From the IMG/VR virus record IMGVR_UViG_3300037153_000606: a DNA stretch of 64,000 nucleotides. One strand, given 5' to 3'. Made by a program: the position numbers and the translations under genes. Of the stretch, positions 40,922 to 49,363 are shown piece after piece (the stretch's first letter is position 1; each line of letters starts with the position of its first letter). The notes below the pieces were generated by a model. The model did no database searches. It saw only the letters and a program-made list of their open reading frames with translations, and was not told the origin of the DNA. Source of the DNA: a virus.

Positions 40922-41439
40922 GTGCTGCGGTATCGCTGGCTGGCCTCTTGTCGACAGGTTCGGCAAGCCCGGACACCCTTGTACAGGTATGTGTTCTCGG
41001 CGGTGAACTCGTGACCATGCTTACAGTGCGTCTTGGCGAGATTCCAGGCTTGAACCGAGTTGCCGCGCAGTGTGTTCTCCCGCGAGGTGACCGGTCGGAC
41101 ATGGTCAGGATTGACGCAGGCCCGGTTGTCGCAGACGAAGTGGTCGAGTACTTTTCCGACCGGTACGGGTCCGTATTTCCGTTCATAGTAGAACTTGGTC
41201 GCCTTGACGGTCTTGTGTCCCTTGGCGGGGTCGTTGGTCAGTCCGTACCCGTCGGCATTGAGGTGCTTCTGCCAGATCCAGCACCCGTTGCCCGCGACGA
41301 TGTAGTCGATCTTTCGGGTGTTATGTCCGTGGACGAAGCGCATCGGTTCTCCACGCACCCAGCCGAATCTTCGGTGGGACTGTGGAGCGATCTTGGTGCG
41401 TTGTCCGCAGCCACACTCGCAGAGCCCATCACTTGCCAT
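40906..41439 (-). CDS. HNH homing endonuclease
   Basis: CECGCG; CWIW...GYG; DHFVCDNRACVNPDH; KTHCKHGH...CRTC. Confidence 0.85.
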   Translation of the reverse strand: MASDGLCECGCGQRTKIAPQSHRRFGWVRGEPMRFVHGHNTRKIDYIVAGNGCWIWQKHLNADGYGLTNDPAKGHKTVKATKFYYERKYGPVPVGKVLDHFVCDNRACVNPDHVRPVTSRENTLRGNSVQAWNLAKTHCKHGHEFTAENTYLYKGVRACRTCRQEASQRYRSTRDRT

Positions 41440-41462
41440 GTGATGAATCTTTGCGGAGGTGA

Positions 41463-44400
41463 GTGATGTTCCGCAAGTTTGCTTCTGCTGAAGTGTTGGC
41501 CGTTGCAAAAGGTGAGTCATTGAAAAAGGATGCTCATCGAGCGGTCTTTTCATTTGTACCTCGACCTGGGTTTCTCTATGTAAGGTCTAGAAGTATATCT
41601 AGTCGCTGCAACGACAACTACGATTTTTTCGGCGCGGACGAGATCGCCAAGTCCTACCGGACCTTCATCGGCAAGCCGGTGTTCGTCAACCACAACAACT
41701 CCGACCACCGCCGGGCCCGGGGGATGGTCATCGACGCGGTCCTGCACCGGGACCGCAACGCCGACGGGTCCCCGGATTTCTGGGTCGAAGCGCTCATGGA
41801 GGTCGACGCCGAGACCTACCCGAAACTCGCCAAGTCGATCCTGTCCGGCGAGATCGACCGCACCTCGATGGGATGCGACGTCGAGTTGTCCAAGTGTTCC
41901 TACTGCGGCAACGAGGCGACCTCGCCGTTGGAGTACTGCCAGCACATTCCCGGCAAGAAGGGCAAGCGGATCTACAAGATGCTTCCCGACGGACGCCGGG
42001 AAGGACAACTCGTCTTCGAGATCTGTTCTGGTTTGTCGTTCTTCGAGAACTCACTGCTGGTGGAGCCTCCGGCAGATCCGACGGCTTATTTCCTTGGGCA
42101 GCCGGTATTGGGACCTGGTTTAGAGCATCTCAGGCAGAAAGCAGCGAATCTGCAGGCCGTTCTGGAGGAACAGCCTGCCGCGCCACGCCATGACATGCCT
42201 AGCCGAGCCTCGACAAACCAAGCCCGGCCGTTGCAGCGTACGGCAGCGGCTGGTGACGACTGGCATGTCGGGATGGACCCTGAGCGCCGCCGCAAGGCCG
42301 AGGAGGCCGCAGGCAAGCTCTGGGAGGGGTTCCACCAGATCATGGATCCGGGGTCGACGCCCGCCTCACGCGTCTCCGACCGCAACATGCGGGTGATGAA
42401 CAACCTGCAGAACCTGGGATATCAGCCGCATCACATCAAGTTCGAGGACGACGAGGACGAAGGGCATCCGTACGCCCACATCCAGGGACCCAAGGGGTGG
42501 TACGGCGTCGACTACGGCGGCCCGCACATGGAGATCCGGCACCAGGCCACCGGCAACGAGTCCCACGACTTGATCAACTTGCAGCACTACGACAAGGAGA
42601 CCCGCGAGCAACACCGGATGCCCGGGTACGGACCGCACGAGGCCGAGGCGGACCTGCACCACTGGGTACACGGCGACCCGGAGGAGACTGGCGGGAGCGC
42701 CGAGTACCTGGAGCACAACGACCCGCGCATCAAGCGGTGGATCGGCCGCCACCAGGCCGCGTTGCAGGTCGAGGCGGTCACCCAGGAGCATGCCGAGGAC
42801 TACCTCAACGAGCACCCGATCAGCCCCACACACATCCTGAGCCGGGTCGAGCAGGCCGCCTCGGACCCGGCCACCCTGCACTCCGGGATGAAGTGGTACG
42901 ACGACGCACACGGGATGGCCAAGACCATGGCCAGCCACCACGGCGTGCCGTTGCAGCACGCGGCAGGTGCACTGGGGGTCTACTCCTCCAGCTCGGCCCC
43001 GGCCCCGAACTTCCACATGGCCTCGATCGCCCTGCATGCCGGAAAGGGGATCTGGGCCCGTGAGTCCGGCGGTTCCGCCGAACACGGTTACAAGGGATCC
43101 CCGATGGCGTCCGAGGCCGATGCCAAGAAGGTGGACCGGATCTTCTCCGGAGAGCACTACAACGACGTCATCGGTTCGTCCAAGACCAAGCACTACGCCC
43201 GGCTGATCCACGACCCGTCCAACGATCACGACGTGGTCATCGACCGGCACGCGGTGGCGGCGGCGATCGGTCATTACGGCAACTCCGGCGAGCCGTACAA
43301 CAACGTGGCCGGGCCGATGGAGAACGTCAACGCCAAGGGGGCGGGCAAGCTCTACGACCGGTTCTCCGACGCCTACCGGCAGGCCACCCACCACCTGAAC
43401 ACGTCGCCCGAGTACAGCCCTCTGCGCAAGCACATGGTCCGGTCCGGACTGCTCGGCGAGGGCGAGAAGATCAAGCCGCACCAGGTGCAGGCGCTGGCCT
43501 GGATCGCGCAGAAGGACATCAGCGACCAGCATGCCCGCAACGACATGACCAACGCCAACCAGCGCGCCATCGACGACTGGCAGAACCACTACACCAGCCG
43601 GTACGGGGTGGACGCGCACCACCCGGTGTCCGGCAAGGGGTTCTACGGCCAGGAGCCGACCCCGGCGAAAGCGGCGAGCATGCAGCGCCTCTCCTACGGG
43701 GAAACGAAAGCCCCTCAGGACGTCGACACGCTGCGCGACGAGCGGTGCGCGATCTGCGGTAACGACACGGCCTACGACGGGCGGGAGTGCCTGGTCTGCG
43801 GGTACATCGCGCCGCCCAAGGCGTTGGGTGACCCGGACGTCGACAAGGCCAAGCATCTGGACGAGTTGAAGCAGTCGGTCGACGACGCGCTCTCCGAGGT
43901 CGACCCGTCCCGGCCGGGTGCGGACTTCGACCCCGGCGACCTGGACGAGATCCAGGCCGAGATCGGTGAGGCGGGCACCCCGCCGATGGTGTGCCCGAAC
44001 TGCGACTCGGTCTTCGACCCGGCCGAGGAAGAGATCAATGCCGGTGATACCTGCCCGGACTGCGGTCAGGCCGAGGTGGCGGAGGCCGAGCCGGAGGAGG
44101 GCGAGGGAGACGCCCAGGATGTGGCCGAGGACGAGGCCACCGAGGGGCTGCCCGGCGAACAGGCCGAGGACCAGGACGTGCCCAGCGGGGACGAGGACGA
44201 AGACGCCGACGAGGACGAGGAAGACGAGGACGGGGAACCAGACGACGAAGACGAGGAGGACGAGGAAGACAAGCGCAGACGTCGTCCTGTTGCCAGCCGG
44301 TCCGCGACCTCGAAGTACCGACCACCATCGAAGGGGTACGACATGCAGAAGGCACTGGCGGCACTGGCCGAGCTGCAGGCCCTGGTCGAGCACCAGCAGC

Positions 44401-45263
44401 ACGAGAACCTGAAGCTGCAGCGGCGGCTCGCCGCCAAGGACAGCCAGATCCAGCGGTTGACCTACGGTCTGCAGGCGATCGCCCAGCATCTCGGCCCCGA
44501 CGTGGACACCCTGGTGCGTTCGGCCATGCTGCGCAAGCGGGCCGACGAGCAGAACCCGGCCCAGCCGGTGCCCGAGCCCGCGCCGGAACCGCCGACCGAG
44601 TCCACCGTGCAGGCCGAGACGCCGGAGGCGTTCGCCGACGTCACCGCGCCGGGCATGGTGCCGGGGTCCACCCAGGACGTGGCCGCCGACGCCGTCTCCA
44701 CCGCGTACACGCCCGGTCAAGACGTGGGCGCGCCGCCACTGCGCCAGTTGGTCGACGTGACCCGGCCCATCGACGGCACCCAGGGACCGCGCCCGTTAAG
44801 CGAGACCAAGACCAACGTGGACGTGCGGGTGGGCAACCCGATGAACCCGCAGACCGCGTTCCCGCTCGGCGGTGACTTCGCCCAGGCGCAGCGCACCGGT
44901 TCGGTCAACGGCGGCAGCGGGGACCTGAAGACGATGGCCTCGATCCGGCTGGCCAGGCTGCGCATCGCGGCCAACATCGAGGACGGCGAGGACCTGGCCA
45001 TCGCGCAGCGCATCGCCGCCGAGCTGGACGTCCCGGCGATCAACGCCGAGATCGCCACGCTGTCCAACGTGATCAAGGCGAGTGCGGCGCGCCGCCAGCA
45101 GCAGCCACCGCCGCGCGGAGTGCCGCCGCGCCCGGCTCCGGGGGTGGGCCGCACCGTTCCGCCGATGACCCGTTCGGCCGGGTTGCGCACCGCATCGCGG
45201 CCGGACGCCGAGGACGCCGACCTGGCGCTGGTTTTCCTCTCCGAGCAAGCCCTGTCCAGCTGA
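41463..45263 (+). CDS. Capsid maturation protease/scaffold polyprotein
   Basis: YRTFIGKPVFVNH, TSMGCDV...CSYC...C.H, FFENSLLVEPPADPTA; acidic and coiled-coil C-terminus; upstream of the capsid genes. Confidence 0.75.
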   Translation: MMFRKFASAEVLAVAKGESLKKDAHRAVFSFVPRPGFLYVRSRSISSRCNDNYDFFGADEIAKSYRTFIGKPVFVNHNNSDHRRARGMVIDAVLHRDRNADGSPDFWVEALMEVDAETYPKLAKSILSGEIDRTSMGCDVELSKCSYCGNEATSPLEYCQHIPGKKGKRIYKMLPDGRREGQLVFEICSGLSFFENSLLVEPPADPTAYFLGQPVLGPGLEHLRQKAANLQAVLEEQPAAPRHDMPSRASTNQARPLQRTAAAGDDWHVGMDPERRRKAEEAAGKLWEGFHQIMDPGSTPASRVSDRNMRVMNNLQNLGYQPHHIKFEDDEDEGHPYAHIQGPKGWYGVDYGGPHMEIRHQATGNESHDLINLQHYDKETREQHRMPGYGPHEAEADLHHWVHGDPEETGGSAEYLEHNDPRIKRWIGRHQAALQVEAVTQEHAEDYLNEHPISPTHILSRVEQAASDPATLHSGMKWYDDAHGMAKTMASHHGVPLQHAAGALGVYSSSSAPAPNFHMASIALHAGKGIWARESGGSAEHGYKGSPMASEADAKKVDRIFSGEHYNDVIGSSKTKHYARLIHDPSNDHDVVIDRHAVAAAIGHYGNSGEPYNNVAGPMENVNAKGAGKLYDRFSDAYRQATHHLNTSPEYSPLRKHMVRSGLLGEGEKIKPHQVQALAWIAQKDISDQHARNDMTNANQRAIDDWQNHYTSRYGVDAHHPVSGKGFYGQEPTPAKAASMQRLSYGETKAPQDVDTLRDERCAICGNDTAYDGRECLVCGYIAPPKALGDPDVDKAKHLDELKQSVDDALSEVDPSRPGADFDPGDLDEIQAEIGEAGTPPMVCPNCDSVFDPAEEEINAGDTCPDCGQAEVAEAEPEEGEGDAQDVAEDEATEGLPGEQAEDQDVPSGDEDEDADEDEEDEDGEPDDEDEEDEEDKRRRRPVASRSATSKYRPPSKGYDMQKALAALAELQALVEHQQHENLKLQRRLAAKDSQIQRLTYGLQAIAQHLGPDVDTLVRSAMLRKRADEQNPAQPVPEPAPEPPTESTVQAETPEAFADVTAPGMVPGSTQDVAADAVSTAYTPGQDVGAPPLRQLVDVTRPIDGTQGPRPLSETKTNVDVRVGNPMNPQTAFPLGGDFAQAQRTGSVNGGSGDLKTMASIRLARLRIAANIEDGEDLAIAQRIAAELDVPAINAEIATLSNVIKASAARRQQQPPPRGVPPRPAPGVGRTVPPMTRSAGLRTASRPDAEDADLALVFLSEQALSS
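42171..42229 (-). repeat. Single GGY-NN unit embedded antisense in the protease gene
   Basis: 10 pentamers plus GGCAGGC junction; TACGCT upstream on the minus strand (42240-42235). Confidence 0.65.
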
Positions 45264-45283
45264 CCGTGCTACCCGCCAAGCAA
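45251..45283 (+). promoter_or_regulatory. Putative late promoter CCTGTCC-N19-CAAGCAA
   Basis: Variant of the recurring motif. Confidence 0.5.
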
Positions 45284-45312
45284 TAGCAACGGCGTAGAGA
45301 GGAAAGATCACA

Positions 45313-45828
45313 ATGCTGAGGACGCCACTCAACCTCAACTACATGAAGCGCACCATCCGGCCGCTCTACGCCAACACCCAGGCCACCCCGAAGGGCATGT
45401 TCCTGGACCCGGCGTGGGCGTTCACGGTGGACATCTACCCCGGCATGGCGATGCAGAAGAACGCGGGCCAGCTGGTCGCGCCGCTCGGCTCCGGCGACCC
45501 GTACGGCCTGTCGGACTTCTTCGAGGCCCCCACCCTCGGGATCCGTCAGATCACCGATTCAGGCATCAACGCCTGCGCGGTGTGGGTGCTCGATCCCGAT
45601 GCGGAGTTCCAGGTGCTGCCTCCGGCCTTCGACACCACGCTGGCCTGGGCCGAGGCGGGCGGAGGTGCGATGACCCCGGTGTTCGCCTACACCAGCGGCG
45701 CGAAGCAGGGCCAGCTGGCGATCGGCACCGGTGCAGGCATCGGCACCAAGGCGGTGGCCCGGCTGCTCAACGTGTCCGGCACCGGGGCCAATTCAGTGAT
45801 CACCATCGGCGGGCTGCCGAGCAGCTAA
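45313..45828 (+). CDS. Capsid decoration/minor capsid protein
   Basis: KRTIRPLYANTQATP; directly upstream of the major capsid gene as in Bxz1-like phages. Confidence 0.65.
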   Translation: MLRTPLNLNYMKRTIRPLYANTQATPKGMFLDPAWAFTVDIYPGMAMQKNAGQLVAPLGSGDPYGLSDFFEAPTLGIRQITDSGINACAVWVLDPDAEFQVLPPAFDTTLAWAEAGGGAMTPVFAYTSGAKQGQLAIGTGAGIGTKAVARLLNVSGTGANSVITIGGLPSS

Positions 45829-45873
45829 GACGCCCGGACCATCGTTCCCGGCCCGAGAATCAGGAGAAGCGCA

Positions 45874-46848
45874 ATGACCCAGCTGATGGTCCCGCAGGGC
45901 GTCCAGGTCCCGATGAAGTCGGACGACTACGTCGCCCAGATCATGGCCAGGCACCAGGGCAAGACAGCCACCCACAACCAGAAGCTGCAGGCCATCGCGC
46001 GGGTGCTCTCCGACGAGGTCTCCGGCTTCAAGCGGCTCGGTGTCGGCATGATCGGCCCGATCCAGCTCAAGCTGCGTTATCAGGGCATCACCCGCAACGT
46101 GCTGGTCGAGGACCCGGTCACGCCGGGCACCCCGGTCGAGTACGACGTGTGGGACGACCTGGGCCAGGCCTTCATCCTGTCCGGCAACGAGGGCGAAGTC
46201 GACATCACGATCTTCGAGGGCAAGCGGGTGCGGGTGGACTTCTACCGCATCGCGTCGCAGGCCCAGATCCGCAAGGAAGACCTGATGTACCTGCGCATCA
46301 ACGCCGTCGAGCAGGCGCAGGACGAGACCAAGCAGTCCATCCTCAAGCAGGAGGACTCCCGGCTGATCATCGTGTTGCAGGCGGCGCTGACCAACTACGC
46401 GACCCGGCCGGACCACGTGATCACCCCGAACCACACGGTGTCGGAGACCTCGGGCTACTACACCCCGGCCTCGTTCTATCAGGCGGTCGCGCAGACCGAC
46501 ATGCACGAGCTGGTGTCCAGCCGCATGCTGGTCAACCCGATGGACTACCGGGACTTCTTCAAGTGGGACATCAACACCACCGGTTGGGCGTTCAAGGACC
46601 GCGTGGTGGCCGGTGAGACGATCACCAGCTTCGGCGAGTTCCAGGTGCAGCGCTCGATCATGGTGCCGCAAAAGTCGCTCTACCTGCTGCCCGAGCCGAA
46701 CTTCCTCGGCGTCTTCCCGGTCCTGTACAGCTTGGACGTGGAGGAGAACCACCAGGTGGCGCGCTTCCTGCGCGGTTGGGTGTTCGACGAAATGGTTTGC
46801 CAATTGGTTCTCAACCCGAGAGGCATAGCGGCTGTTACCAAGCCGTGA
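45874..46848 (+). CDS. Major capsid protein
   Basis: MIGPIQLKLRYQGITRNVLVED...GWVFDE...LNPRG; 324 aa; RBS AGGAG. Confidence 0.85.
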   Translation: MTQLMVPQGVQVPMKSDDYVAQIMARHQGKTATHNQKLQAIARVLSDEVSGFKRLGVGMIGPIQLKLRYQGITRNVLVEDPVTPGTPVEYDVWDDLGQAFILSGNEGEVDITIFEGKRVRVDFYRIASQAQIRKEDLMYLRINAVEQAQDETKQSILKQEDSRLIIVLQAALTNYATRPDHVITPNHTVSETSGYYTPASFYQAVAQTDMHELVSSRMLVNPMDYRDFFKWDINTTGWAFKDRVVAGETITSFGEFQVQRSIMVPQKSLYLLPEPNFLGVFPVLYSLDVEENHQVARFLRGWVFDEMVCQLVLNPRGIAAVTKP

Positions 46849-46864
46849 GACCATAGTTTTACGT

Positions 46865-46907
46865 TACTACCCCTTCCCATTCGATGGTGAAGGGGTAGTA
46901 TCGTTTT
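46865..46907 (+). terminator. Hairpin after the capsid gene, also occluding the RBS of the downstream nuclease gene
   Basis: 12-bp stem TACTACCCCTTC / GAAGGGGTAGTA followed by TCGTTTT. Confidence 0.65.
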
Positions 46908-47738
46908 ATGCCTCGGCCGCCGTCTCCAACGACTTCGAAGACGTGTCAACGTGACGGTTGCGATAACCGATTCGAAGTCACCCAAGCCAAAGCTCAGAGG
47001 GATCGTCGATTTTGTTCGAAAGATTGCTCGAACAAAGCCACCGCGCTAATCCGTGGCGCTTCGTATCGAGCCAGTCATGGGTATAAGCCGCCAGTTTGTC
47101 CATGTGGTCGTTCTATCCAACCGAGACCGGGCCAGCGGTACGTCTATTCGAAGAAATATTGCGACATGGAGTGTCGTGCTCGATTTAGCCCGAGGCGACA
47201 ACCCAATCCTGAAAAGTGGGGTTCATACACGTGTCGCGTGTGTGGCACTGAATTCACCCGCCGGAAGAACTCTCGTAATGCCAAGATCTATTGCAGCCTT
47301 GCGTGTGCCAACAAGGAGACCAAGAAGAAGCATCACATCGTGTTGCGCGATGACGATGTTGTGTTCGACAGTGCCTGGGAGGCGTTCTTTTACGGCGCGT
47401 GCAAGATCGCGAAGATCCCGATCGAACGGTTCGACCGAGATCATGGTGTTGCCTACGACCCAGAATACCTGGATCGGTGGTACGCGCCAGACTTCTGGTT
47501 GCCCGACGTCCAGGCATGGGTCGGTCGCACCGGCGTTGCGATCGAAATCAAAGGTGTTGAAGACGACCGCGACGAAACCCGGTGGACCGCCTTCCGGTCG
47601 ACGGGAGTCGACCTGGTGGTGATGGACCGGTACCGGATGGAGAACCTGTCTGCACACTCGTTGTCCGACATCCTGCGAGTCGCCACGATGAGGGACAATC
47701 CCGCCTTGCCATGCCAAGCCGCGACACGCCTAGCCTAA
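46908..47738 (+). CDS. Free-standing endonuclease with Zn-ribbon repeats and a PD-(D/E)XK-like domain
   Basis: Three CxxC...(F/Y)CxxxC repeats; DSAWE...YAPDFWLPD...IEIKG; lower GC. Confidence 0.7.
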   Translation: MPRPPSPTTSKTCQRDGCDNRFEVTQAKAQRDRRFCSKDCSNKATALIRGASYRASHGYKPPVCPCGRSIQPRPGQRYVYSKKYCDMECRARFSPRRQPNPEKWGSYTCRVCGTEFTRRKNSRNAKIYCSLACANKETKKKHHIVLRDDDVVFDSAWEAFFYGACKIAKIPIERFDRDHGVAYDPEYLDRWYAPDFWLPDVQAWVGRTGVAIEIKGVEDDRDETRWTAFRSTGVDLVVMDRYRMENLSAHSLSDILRVATMRDNPALPCQAATRLA

Positions 47739-49273
47739 CCTTGCCACGCCGAACCAGGACTGCCGCGCCCTGCCAAGGGTTGCCCCGCCCAACCCAACCG
47801 GGCCTCGCCTGGCACGCCGAGACGAACCCGGCCAAGTACCGCCGTGCCATGCCGCACCTTGGCAGCCTCACCGAGCCATGCCGAGCCATGCCCATCCACG
47901 CCGTGCCCTGACCACCATGCCGTGCCTGCCGAGCCACGCCAAGCCTTGACCCGCCCTGACGGGCCGAGCCTTGCCCTGACTGCCGAACCACGCCAAGCCA
48001 CACCAAGACCCGACCTGCCAAGCCGAGCCGTGCCGAGCCATGCCTGCCCCGCCGCACCACGCCGCACCATGCCGCTGCCCTACCGTGCCGCACCCTGCCC
48101 GCCTTGCCCAGCCAAGACGTGCCACTCCAGGCCAAACCCTGCCCGCCTTGCCTCACCTCGCCGTGGCCCGCCCAACCGCACCGAGCCCCGCCAAGCCTGC
48201 GTCGCCCCGCCGTGACCCGTCACGCCGGGCCCAACCAAACCACGCCTGCCCGACCGAGCCCTGCGTTGCCCTGCCTGGACCAACCGCGCCTCGCCTGCCA
48301 TGCCCCACCTGGCCAGACCATGCCCAGCCGTGCCAGCCTGCCAAACCGAGCCCTACCGAGCCGTACCCAGACGAGCCAAGCCACACCGTGCCCGCCCAAC
48401 CGGGCCGCACCGGGACTCGCCGAGCCCTACCTTGCCTGCCTTGCCGAGCCGAGCCTCGCCAAGCATTGCCATGCCCAGCCGTGCCTGCCGAACCGAGCCC
48501 TACCGGGCCGAGCGGTGCCCTGCCTGGCCTAGCCGCGCCGCGACTGCCCTGCCTTGCCTCACCCAGCCTTGCCGAGCCGCACCAAGCCTTGCCGCGCCTG
48601 CCGTACCTCGCCCAGCCGAGCCCGGACGGACCTAGCCCCACCGCACGGTGCCCTGCCGAGCCATGACTGCCCTGCCCTGCCGCACCGAACCGAGACGTGC
48701 CGGACCACCCGGGCCAAGCCACGACTGCCGTGCCACACCCTGCCGACCATGCCCAACCCAGCCATGCCGAGGCTGCCCCGCCGTACCGGACCCGGCCGCA
48801 CCAAACCAAGCCATGCCTGCCGCGACCTGCGATGCCCTGCGGTACCAGGACATGCCGTGCCTGCCGAGCCGGGACCCGCCCCGCCATGACTAGCCATGAC
48901 CGGACTTGCCCCACCGAGCCTGCCCAGCCACGCCTTGCCCAGACTTGCCAGGCCTTGCCGTGCGCTGCCAGCCGAGCCAAGCCTTGGCTGCCTCGCCACG
49001 CCGAGCCCTGCCGAGCCCACCTAGCCTTGCCCTGCCACGGCTGCCCTGACATGACCCGCCGTGCGATGCCGAACCGGGCCGGACCATGCCTGCCTACCAG
49101 GCCACGCCCCGACTCGTCCCGCCTTGCCTTGCCTGCCGGGCCGAGCCTTGACTAGCCATGCCTAGCCACGCCATGCCGAGGCTGCCCAGCCATACTGCGC
49201 CGTGCCGAGACTTGCCCCGCGACGACCCGACATGCCTGCCCGACCTCGCCACGCCCACCTAGCCGTGACTGCC
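47701..49273 (-). ncRNA. Main GGY-NN pentamer guide array (about 30 units, about 300 pentamers)
   Basis: 5-nt periodicity with GGCAG(G/T/C)C unit junctions; directly downstream of and co-oriented with the RAMP-like gene pair. Confidence 0.85.
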
Positions 49274-49282
49274 ACGAAGCGA

Positions 49283-49320
49283 ACCGCCGGGATCATGCCC
49301 CACCACATGATCCCGGCGGT
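49283..49320 (-). promoter_or_regulatory. Perfect 15-bp hairpin leading into the array
   Basis: ACCGCCGGGATCATG-N8-CATGATCCCGGCGGT. Confidence 0.7.
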
Positions 49321-49363
49321 CCAAAGCCACCCATTCCCTCCCGCGAGACGAGTGGCCGGTCTG

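Noticed and set aside
40921-41600. Group I intron carrying the HNH gene
   Set aside because: The upstream coding segment is duplicated downstream with its own RBS and start, the HNH is antisense, and there is little room for a ribozyme core.
44802-44840. Self-target match of a unit beginning ETKTN in the scaffold region, and of an EKAK unit in the RAMP-like gene
   Set aside because: The matches stop after 5 and 4 dinucleotides, which is compatible with chance. A full computational self-target scan was not possible by eye.
47701-49273. Canonical CRISPR array or simple microsatellite
   Set aside because: There are no 25-45-nt direct repeats with unique spacers. The NN positions are non-repetitive and strand-biased, unlike slippage-generated satellites.
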